Assembly (NCBI GenBank): GCA_030265395.1
Contig: JARFYF010000017.1
Coordinates: 36,393,559 to 36,457,558, forward strand
Source: Rhina ancylostomus
Taxonomy: Eukaryota
Direction of reading: 5' to 3'
Length of the DNA stretch: 64,000 nucleotides
Below, in pieces: positions 12,837 through 22,800 of this stretch; positions within the stretch are counted from its first letter, which is position 1, and each line of letters begins with the position of its first letter. The position numbers were made by a program, and so were the translations under genes. The notes beneath the pieces were generated by a model. That model was not told where the DNA came from, searched no databases, and saw nothing but the letters and a program-made list of their open reading frames with translations.

Positions 12837-13626
12837 GTAAACAGAGATTTAAAACAGTTTTGTATTTTTCTGTCCTATGCTGGAAAGTGTCTAATGATTA
12901 TTTAATGGATTCAACAATCTGTAATAAAGCCTAACGGCTATTCAGAATCGATGTTTTCTAGAACTTTGCAGCATTTGCATTGCCTTTGTGCTGCAAGATT
13001 GACCATGGACCAGGTTTCTGAAGACAAAAGAGACTGCAGGTGCTGGAGGCTTTGTCATTTAATGAGGTATTGTCTCACCTGGCTCCTGCTTGGCAAGAAC
13101 TACAGCAGTTCTGCACAGGATGTTTACAAGTGTGGTCAGATAAAAATATGTTTTTAGCTCTCTCCCAATACTTCGAAATGTTCAGGAAAGCAGAGAGATA
13201 TGAACCTCTTTTTTTTTCCTCAACATTTAAATGAAGTTAGGCAAGTTTACAGTGTGCCCATGGAAATCTAAAGTGGCAGATAGGCATTTTGTAAGCCTGG
13301 CTTTGACACCATACTGGATCTGCTCTTCATGTGGTGTCAATCCAAAGCAATCTCCTCTCTTCAGAAATTCTCAGTAAACTTTGTTTTCGAATTGAGACTT
13401 AGCTAGTCTGTTCAGCTTTGGTGCAAAACTGAAATTTTAATACATTTAATACCAAATTTACCAGGTAAATGTATTCTCGATTTGAACACTGAGGAGATGT
13501 AGTATGCACTGCCATTTCTGGACTTTTCAGTGATGCATGTTTCAGTATTTACTTCAAACTTGCACATGTAAAACCAATTGATTAAATGTGTTTTTGGCAT
13601 GGAAAAAGTAGCAGTGAAAGTTCTAG

Positions 13627-13646
13627 GTGATGTACGTCAGTTTGTG
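13627..13646 (+). other. Candidate nfatc3 cassette exon C (20 nt, GDVRQFV*; longer versions from acceptors giving starts at 13531 or 13546)
   Basis: Donor TGTG|GTAATC. The proximal acceptor GTTCTAG is weak; the upstream acceptors GACTTTTCAG and ATGTTTCAG are stronger. Confidence 0.3.
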
Positions 13647-14662
13647 GTAATCGTTTCCACTGAGACGGACGTTGACTTTGCCCATGTATCGATCAAGTTC
13701 TCTTCATATGAGATAGCTTACTAGAGGTGCCTGGAGTTCAAGTTAACTTCTTAAGTGTTATAATTTTAAAATATTTTTCTCTTGACCGTAACTTATCAGA
13801 TTGAAAGGATATATTAAACTTATTGTAATTGAATTTCCAAATTTTCTCCATGTGATTGTTCAGATTCTTTGTGTCTTTTTATAATTTACTCAATGAAGCA
13901 GAAACTAATTCTTGCATTTTGAAAATTAAAGCAAAGCAATACAAAAAAAAAAGCTGCACTTTGGTAGTCCAGCAATATTTAGTTTTTTTATATACTGAAA
14001 GGACTCAATTTTTAAGAAAAGGTGATAAAAGTAACCACTGATTAATCCATGGTATTACTTTACAATATATGGTAACGGTTCTGAAATTTGAGGACTGAAA
14101 TAATCTTTTCCAATGTACAGGCTTGTTTATCAACTTTATATTAACTTCTGTTTGCAGACTAAAATCCAGAAGAGTTTTCACAGTTTTATTTTAGTTCTTA
14201 AGGCTAAAGCCTGTTGTGCAGTAGCAGTCAGTGCAGAAGGGTCCTGTTAACTGTGGTGAAACAGTTAACTAGTGACAATTTCCAGGACTATGAGTGATTT
14301 TAACCTCCATCTGGACACTTCCATAAATCAGAATTTTCAGCCTTACTTAAACCTACATAAGGTTAGTTAAGACCTAACCATTGCCTCTTTCCCAGTTTAA
14401 TAAATTTTAGAAGTCTATGTTTCTCATGAAACAATCAATGTGAACATTGTTCATGATTGCTGTTCTTGAGTTTATTGTAAATTTTTCACATTCTACCACT
14501 CCAATTGTTAACCCATTTGATTTATGTGAACAAATGCAATGTGAGAGCACGTCTTGAAAATTGACTCTGTTTCCAAGTATACTAGAAATATAGTGTATTT
14601 GCAGTAATGGATGAAATAAGACCTACAGTGTTTTCACTGTTTCAGCTGTCTTTGTCTTCCAG

Positions 14663-14712
14663 ATTTTTGGCTAATTAGCAAGGTTTGTGTCTTGTGTAGA
14701 TGGAGAATATAG
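14663..14712 (+). other. Candidate nfatc3 alternative exon (DFWLISK* via the donor after 14682, or DFWLISKVCVLCRWRI* by read-through)
   Basis: Very strong acceptor (GTTTTCACTGTTTCAGCTGTCTTTGTCTTCCAG|) and possible donor AAG|GTTTGT. Confidence 0.35.
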
Positions 14713-15770
14713 TGTTTAAGGGCAGGAAACCTGAATGTCTTTCATACTTAACACTTGCCCAAATCCCAGTCTGATGAATGTGCTTGGCTTTTAACTGGGC
14801 TAGAAACACTCCAAAGCAGACAATCCAGTTCGTGATTGGCTGGGGATAGTTAGGAGTCTTATCCCTCGGCTCTTCATATTTGGTGGAGTGGAGGATGGTT
14901 GGATAGAACGGTGTTTGAGTATAGGATGAGGCACTAGTGAAACTTCCGGTAATGCAGTGAAAAACTTGCATCTTTTCCACAAAACCATTCTTCCCTCCCT
15001 TAATCTGACATGTTTCCTGAGGTCTGGGAAACTTGGTTAGTCAATTTAAAATCTCTACCAGCCTCATTTGAAATATTTTTATTTCCTCTCATCCCCTGGT
15101 AGTGAATTGACTGTCTGTCCCTATGTTATATATTGCAGGGGGGGTGAGTTAGTTTGGGATCAGGTTGCAAATCTGAGCCAATCAGCCTGTTTTTTTGGAT
15201 GCCAAAAGTTTTTTTGATCATATTTAATTTGTGTCTGATGACAAAGCTATTTTGTAAAGCTTCAAATTTGGTCTGCTAATTTTTCTGCATTAGTGCAAAA
15301 TGAGATGCAGATACAGCAGTTTCTGTGTTCAGAAATGTGAAGGCATTGTCATGATGTATTTCTGTAGCATCCAGCTTAGGTTATGGAATGATTGTACATC
15401 TGATGCACATTTTTTTTCATATAAGCACTGTGGGCTATGATTGTAGAAAATTAATTCCATCTTATTTTAGCTAAGTTTATTGGCATTTCACATTCCTGTC
15501 AGGCAGAGGGCAATCTCAGTTGTGTGCAAGAGCCACTTTTTTAAAAGAAGAAAATGCGTAACAATGCATTTGAAGAGGCCAGCCCATTTCACATGGTAAA
15601 ACTGTTACATCCATAAACATGCCAGTCAGGTTACAGTGTTATTTTAGCTTTTGCTGTTTTTCATCTTAATCGTGTGCGAGTTTCTTAGTCTGGTGGCAGG
15701 CTAACTTTCATGGTTTAATACTTTCAAATGATTAAGTGCTCAGGTGTATTTTTCTTCTTCTAACTGCTAG

Positions 15771-15795
15771 TACTCCACGAACTTTATGACTTGTG
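15771..15795 (+). other. Candidate nfatc3 cassette exon D (25 nt; would give VLHELYDLCE*)
   Basis: Acceptor TATTTTTCTTCTTCTAACTGCTAG|, donor TGTG|GTAACA. Prediction only. Confidence 0.35.
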
Positions 15796-15966
15796 GTAAC
15801 AAAGAAAAGCATTTTTAATATTGTTTCAAATTTTAACATAATGTTCTATTTGATTTTGAAATTGTTTTTCTCCAGGACCTTGTATAACAAAAGTTAATCA
15901 CTGATCACATTAAAAATAACTCTTCATTCAAATTGGGTTCAGGTGCAGTTATACAACAGTTATATA

Positions 15967-16148
15967 TTGTATAACTGTTTAATAAAATTGGTGGGTCCAC
16001 ATAGTGAGCAGATTATGTTTATGACCATCTGTAATGCAACAATTCTCCAAGATTTCTTTGGTGCCATCTCCCAAACACACATGTGGTTCTGCTCACTATT
16101 GCATTAAGTTGTATGTGGACCCACCAATTTCATTAAACATTTATACAA
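15967..16148. repeat. 37-bp inverted repeat (35/37 match) with an extra inner stem
   Basis: 15967-16003 TTGTATAACTGTTTAATAAAATTGGTGGGTCCACATA versus the reverse complement of 16112-16148. Inner stem ATAGTGAGCAGA/TCTGCTCACTAT. Confidence 0.9.
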
Positions 16149-18457
16149 CATATTCTCTTAATTTAAACTAGTTTTTGTGAAAAGTGTTACACAATATAAG
16201 GCAGTATCTGAAATGGAATCTGTGTGAAAGAGAAAACCCAATTTATTGAGTGAACTTAAACATTTCTATCTTTTTATGACTGTAAGCTTGGTGGCCAACT
16301 CGAGCTTGTTTTTAAATTTGTGGACTTTTCTAAAATAAGTATTAAAATATATAGCTTACCCTTCATTCTTGTCTTTACAAACTTAGTTAAATAATATAAT
16401 GAAATACAGCAGGTTGTAAAATGTATTATGGATTTTTTCTTGGATTAAATAGTATTAGATACCAGAAAGCCAAAAAAGTTGTTAGAACAAGAATGTTTGC
16501 ATATCTCTGCTACTTATCAAAAATTACAGGTTGTTGCTGAACTGTTAAAAACACAAGTTTTAAAAAAATCCTTTAATATTGTACTTTACAGAGCATAAGA
16601 TATCCTCTTTGTAATTTTGTCCCCAAGAAGTAAATCATAGTTCTGGTTATGTGTCGGATTTTCTTTATCAGAATTGTGATTTATTAGTGTGGTATTGTTT
16701 GTAGTGCAAACCTATATACACTGTATGACCAATATAGAACCTGTTTTCAAACAAAGCATACATTTTGTGTATTAAAAGCAGATGGTGTTCACTAAATTGG
16801 ATATAGTTTTAGTTAATATATCCCCAGAGAAGCAGGTGAACAGATTGTTAAGTACTTAGAATGGACAATCAAGAAGTTCTCAGGCTAGAGTACGGGGACA
16901 AGAAGAACTCAGAAGGCTGGTCAAAAATTACTCAAGGTAGGAGGCTTTCGTAATTCAGACCATCCAACTCAGTCATCCTGCTGATTTTTATTCAAAATTC
17001 TTTAGTTTGTAATTTTTTTGAATATATATGTAATCTTTATATGATAAATTTTCATCCATGGAAGATGATTCGTATCAACTTCATACAGTTTATATTTTCA
17101 AGTATTTTGTTGCTTTCTGCCACTAGCTAGATAAAGGTTATTGTTGGATTAGTGGCCTTCAAAATGAATTCAGTGACAATTGACAGATGGTTTCAAATTC
17201 ATAGTTTACAACTTAACTAGATCCTTAGATTGCAGCATTAATGCATTTCCAGTTCTGAATTATTGATACTCTTTACACCTTATACAAAATCCTTTTTTTT
17301 TGTTCTGCCATCCCATTAGTAATTTATGATCTGATGAATTCAGAGCCTGGAATGTTTCATTCAAGTTTTAAGTTATTTTAGCTAGTTCCCTTTAGAATTA
17401 AAACAAGTTATGTGTAGGCCTCTGTTCTGCAGTGCTTAATGCAGCTGTTTGACCTCTAATGAAAGTGATCCATTGCTGACTGTTACGTAGCAACACGATC
17501 AAGTGTCAGTAAATTAAAGAAACGTATGATTAATATTACATTTAAATGAATTTAATGCATTTACTTTGGAAATCATACTTTTAGTTTATTTTTGTTCATT
17601 TGGGTTTAATAGCATGGCAATAAATAGGCAATTGTGTAATAAAGTCTACTTTCGTTAAATCTGAGGATGTGTGAACAGGCAATGTGGATGGAAATTAACA
17701 CAGCAAGAATAAGAAAAAATAAAGACAAGAATGAGGCGTAAGCTATATATTGTAATAATATTTATTTTTAAAAGAGCACAAATTTAAAAACAAACTTGAG
17801 TTGGCTACCAAGTATAGTTTCGTGATTTGTGTTAGTGCATCCAGACTTTGATAGTCATGCTTTACTTAGTTAATTTTTGGCTTGATTTTGAAAAAGGACT
17901 GCCATAACTGGGGTTTAATGCACAGAGCTCTATTTTAAAGGACCAGGATTAAGTCGGCTTTCAATCTTATGTATGAGCTTTGATACTAGCTTTATTTCTA
18001 TCTGTAGCCAGAGATGAACTTGCATAAAGTTCAAAAAATTATTAATGAAGTGAAAAAATATGCAACTGAGAACTTAGCTGTAGATTTGCTTGGGGTGAAT
18101 ATGGAGAAGCAACTTACTGAAATTGTACTGTTGGTCAAAGTGGTTTTATGATGCAAGTGAGGTGGTATAGTTCCTGAGGTTTAGTAAACTTATAGCAGGA
18201 TTTTGCATCCCACACAATGACTGCCTGTACATTTGATGCTTTTATAGTGAATGTCTTAAAGCAGAAAAAAAGCTTAGCTGAATACAGAGTTAGATCTTCA
18301 GCTGTTTTACCTCAACTTTTGTTTCTATGCGTATCTAATCAGAATGAAGTATTGCCATCTAACAGAGAACTATAACATAATGGCTTTGGAGTATCAGTAA
18401 ATATTGCATTATTTATGGAGGTCATTCATTTGGCCAGATTGGAATACTGTTTGAAGT

Positions 18458-18660
18458 AAAAAAACAGAAAATGCTGGAAATGCTCAGCAGGTCAGAAAGT
18501 ATGTGTGGAAAGAGGAATGTGGTTAACGTTTTTGGATTGAAAACCCTTTGTTCTGACAATTGAATTTAATCCCAATACAATAGGCAGAAAATTGAAATTT
18601 TAGTTCATTAAATAAATCTGGAAAAATAGGAGCCTGAATTCATAATTCAGCTGGTATTGA
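18458..18660. mobile_element. Penelope-terminus-like short repeat plus adjacent decayed SINE
   Basis: AAAACAGAAAATGCTGGAAATGCTCAGCAGGTCAG…, followed by a SINE-like AAATTGAAATTTTAGTTCATTAAATAAATCTGG. Confidence 0.55.
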
Positions 18661-19299
18661 GGATATCCACTGGTATTGATTGTGCAAAGGTATCAGCTGT
18701 AGTGATGAAAATATGCGCCGACCTGTAGCCAGATTATTCCCATAGGTACAGAACCAGATGGGTATGTTTATTACAAGTACCAAGAAATCCATTATGGCCA
18801 TTTATCATAGTGTCAAGCAAAGAGATAGAAAACTTCATTGTGCTTAGTAGTAACTTTCTCACCAGTGCTTGGTTTGGGCTCCATCAAGACCAAAATTGCA
18901 ACTGCATCGCAGCCTTTGTTTGAAGCATGAACGAACAAGCTTAAGTGTGGAGGTCAGAATGATTGTTACAATTTGTGCTAAACAATAACAATAATGGTTA
19001 TTAGAAGCCAAAATTCTCTCATCCCAAGACACCAAAATATGCAGTTGTGTCTTAAGCGCACACATTTTAAGCAGTGGCATGCCCTGGGTTAGGTCAGAGT
19101 AAAAATGTTTGACTTGATTTACAGCCCTTTGGATAATTAAGCCATCTGCTCACAAGTGGTGTGATCTGTTTAGTCTTAAGGTGTTCACAAGTAATAGTGA
19201 AAAACTTAAGCAAGAAGAAGCACACTTTATTTCAATCACTTTTAATGGGATTATCTTCGTTCAACTCCCAGCCAAAATCCTGAGAGCTAACAGAAACTT

Positions 19300-19700
19300 T
19301 CATCAGCGACATGAGTGGTTTTCTTTAGTAGTTGACTCACCACTACTTGCAAGGCACAAGTTAGATTATAATGGAAAGCCCTGCATTTGCCTAAATGACC
19401 GTAGGTCCAACAACACCCAGAAACTCAAAGCCATTCAGGAAAAGTGGTCTGCTTGATTAGCAGCACATCACTTTAAATATTCATTCCCTTCACCACAAGT
19501 GCACTCTGGTTGCAATGTACAGCATCCATGAGATGTTCTTCAGCAACTCATGACCTCCACCTTTATGAATTTCCATATGATTTCTGCATTGCCCACTTCA
19601 GAGAGATTTTACTTCTGGCCTCTCCCAAGTTACTGAAGTGCCACAAGGTCAGAATCCTGAACTACCCATCATAACACCAATGTGTATCCTCAACATGGTC
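19300..19700 (+). mobile_element. CR1/L2-superclade LINE 3' region, decayed
   Basis: Reads CKAQVR-(fs)-IMESPAFA*M…NTQKLKAIQEK, matching the YKAQVRS.MEY.P.AW…KLD.IQ.K RT C-terminal motif. Confidence 0.6.
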
Positions 19701-20622
19701 TTGTTTTTGAGGAAGGGGTATGGGGAGAAGGTGGTGTCATTTTTCCATGTTCCGTTCCTCCTCTACCACCTGTGCCTGTGAATAATAGCTGCTCATCATT
19801 GATTCCATTCCAAAGCCTTGTTGCACTTTCTGTCTCCATGGATTGTATTTAGAGTATGAAGGTAATTTCCCCAGAGATAATTCTTCATTCAAGCCTGGCG
19901 TAATAAAGCGAGGTTGGTATTAATGCTTAATCTAGTTTGATTTAATTTTTTTGCTTCACAGCATTGTACAGTTTAGAAAGGATTAAACTGGGAATACTTA
20001 CTGCAAAATAATAACTAGTTTGAAATGTTAGTACACGTACAGGCTAGTGATCAGGGATGCATTTTCTATAAATGGTTGGCTCTTTTTGGATGCTTGGCTG
20101 GACCATTAGTGAAACTGTTGCAGTTAAAATAGTCAAGTGTTACTTCCAGCTGTCGTCAAGACTGAGCCAAGAACTTTGGTAATTCAAGAGCTGGTGCTAT
20201 TCACAGTACCAATGTGACAGTAATGGACATTAGTAAATTACAACAAAACCCATTTGAAAGAAAAAAGGTGCTGGTTTGCGGAGCCACAGGTAGAGTTCAA
20301 CTGAGAAGTACTGAATGCTTATTTATTTTCAAGTAGTTGCTACTGTTTAGTTTCTGGCTACAGATTTAACCTAGAATCAGAGAAGATCTGTAAAGCCATC
20401 AAAGGAAAATCCACATTTAATTCACTTGAAAGCCTAATTGCTGGAGCTGTTTATATTCAGCAAGCATAGGTACCTCCAGAGAAGCCTTAGGGAACCACCT
20501 TGTAAATTTGATCCTCCGAAAGCAGAAGTGTTGTTTTGTTAATGTTACAGAGCTAGCACTGTAACATTAATGGAATATAAAGCCTTAGAGTTTACTTAAC
20601 ACTTTGGATGGAAAGTAACTTG

Positions 20623-20815
20623 CATAAGAAATAAGAACAGGAGCAGTTTGCTCCGCCATTCATCAAGCACATTATTATCTTCTATCTCTCCTGCAGTATC
20701 CCCATTTTCCTTAATTCCCTTAACATCCAAAATCTTTTGATCTCTGTGGTGAATGAATACAATGACGGAACCTTCACAACCACTAGACGAGAGAATTCCA
20801 AAGATTCACCACCCT
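20623..20815 (-). mobile_element. CR1 LINE 3' end
   Basis: CATAAGAAATAAGAACAGGAG…GAGAATTCCAAAGATTCACCACCCT is the typical reverse-complement CR1 terminus. Confidence 0.7.
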
Positions 20816-20817
20816 GT

Positions 20818-22217
20818 GCTGGAGGATAACTAATGTTGTTCTGTTGTTCAAGAAAAGCTCTAAGAATAAGCCGGGAAATTATAGGCCATTGAGCCTGACA
20901 TCAGTCATGGGTAAATTATTGGTAGGTATTTTAAGGGACAGGATATACAAGTATTTGGATAGAGAGGGCCTGATTAGGGATCATCATGATGACTTTGTGT
21001 GTGGTAGGTCATGTCTGACCAATGTAATAGAGTTTTTCGAGGAGTTTACCAAGAAAGTCGATGAAGGAAGGCGGTGGACATTGTCAAAGCCTTGTTGAAA
21101 GTCCATGTAGACAAAGTCCCGCATGGGAGGATGGTCCAGAAGGTTAAGTCGTTTAACATCCAGGATGAAGTAGCCAATTGGATTCAACATTGGCTTAGCG
21201 GGAAAAGCCAGAAGGTGGTTGTAGATAGTTGTCTCTGTGCTGGAAGCCTGTGACTAGTGGTGTGCCGCAGGGACCGGTGCTGGGTCTATTGTTGACTATC
21301 ATCTGTATTAATGATTTAGATGATAATGTGGTAAACTGAATCAGCAAATTTGTGGATGACACCAAGATTGGGGGTGTAATGGACAGCAAGGAAGTCTATC
21401 AAAGCTTGCAGCTTGATCTTGACCAGATGGGAAAGTGGGCTGATAAATGGCTGGTGGAATTTAACGCAGACAAGTGTGAGGTGCTGCACTTCAGGAGGAC
21501 AAACCAGGGTAAGACTTGCACAGTGAATGGTAAAGCTCTGAGGTGTGCAGTGGAACAAAGGGACCTGGGAATACAGATCCATAGTTCCCTGAAAGTGGCA
21601 TCACAGGTAGATAGGGTCGTAAAGAGAGCTTTCGGCACTTTGACCTTCATAAATTAAGTACAGGAGTTGTGAAGCTGCACATGAAGTTGGTGAGGCCGAA
21701 GTTAGAGTATTGTGTGCAGTTCTGGTCACCTNNNNNNNNNNNNNNNNNNNNNNNNNNNNNNNNNNNNNNNNNNNNNNNNNNNNNNNNNNNNNNNNNNNNN
21801 NNNNNNNNNNNNNNNNNNNNNNNNNNNNNNNNNNNNNNNNNNNNNNNNNNNNNNNNNNNNNNNNNNNNNNNNNNNNNNNNNNNNNNNNNNNNNNNNNNNN
21901 NNNNNNNNNNNNNNNNNNNNNNNNNNNNNNNNNNNNNNNNNNNNNNNNNNNNNNNNNNNNNNNNNNNNNNNNNNNNNNNNNNNNNNNNAATCGGAGGGGA
22001 AACTTCTTCACTCAGAGGGCAGTGTGAGTGTGGAATGAGCTGCCAGCGGAAGTGGTAAATGTGGGTTCAATTGTAACATTTAAGTTTGGATAGGTACATG
22101 GATGGGAAGGGTTTAGAATGATATGGTGCAGGTAGATGGGACTAGGCAGAAGATCATGTCAGCATGGACTAAATGGGGTGAAGGGCCTGTTTCTGTGCTG
22201 TAGTACTCTGACTCTAA
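20818..22217 (+). mobile_element. 5'-truncated CR1 LINE (reverse transcriptase region and 3' UTR), contains an N-gap
   Basis: ORFs read FKKSSKNKPGNYRPLSLTSVMGKLL, GRSCLTN.IEFFEE, SGVPQG..LG, FVDDTKIGG, KWLVEFNADKCEVLHF and LVRPKLEYCVQFWSP. Frameshifts and stops are present. Confidence 0.95.
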
Positions 22218-22439
22218 TTATTTTGCAATGTTAACTTGGAATAATACCCAAGTCTTGTTAATTAAGTAGTGCATATTTTAACAGCAGAACTGAAGTAATG
22301 TGGCTTGGGGTTCTTCAAAAATATTGCAACAATAGATAAGAATTCTTCTAAATCTTTCTTCTTTGAATGTTTATTATGATAAACGGCTTTGGGGTGATTT
22401 TATTTCTCACTGAAACTTTTAAGTATTTCTCTGTAGCTT

Positions 22440-22800
22440 GAAATGTATTTAGTAAACATCCCAAGTTCCTTCACAGTTGGAGGTCACACCCAAGCAGAAA
22501 CATAATGGGGTGGTTACCAAATGTAGTAGGTTTTTATTGAGGCTTTACTTCAATGGGAAGTGATGTAACAAGCTGGGAGTTTAAAAGAGACTTGAAATGT
22601 GGAGGCATGGTGATAATGGAAGAAGAAAATAAGATGAAGTTATACCTGATTTTAAAGAAATGAGGCAACAAGAAACTAGTAGTGGGAAGGATCAAAGCCA
22701 GAAATGGATTTTTATGTTGAGATAAAGGTTTTGAAGTAAATTTGCTGAAATGCATGAAGTCAAAGGATGCTGTAAGGAATTAAATCACAGGAAGTATTAC
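22440..22800 (-). mobile_element. Decayed L2 LINE 3' end
   Basis: AAACATCCCAAGTTCCTTCACAG resembles the reverse complement of the L2 terminus. A purine-rich degenerate body follows. Confidence 0.4.

Noticed and set aside
11000-18400. MALAT1/NEAT1-like lncRNA or miRNA cluster
   Set aside because: No triple-helix/mascRNA motif and no mature miRNA sequence that I recognise. The region is explained as nfatc3 intron.
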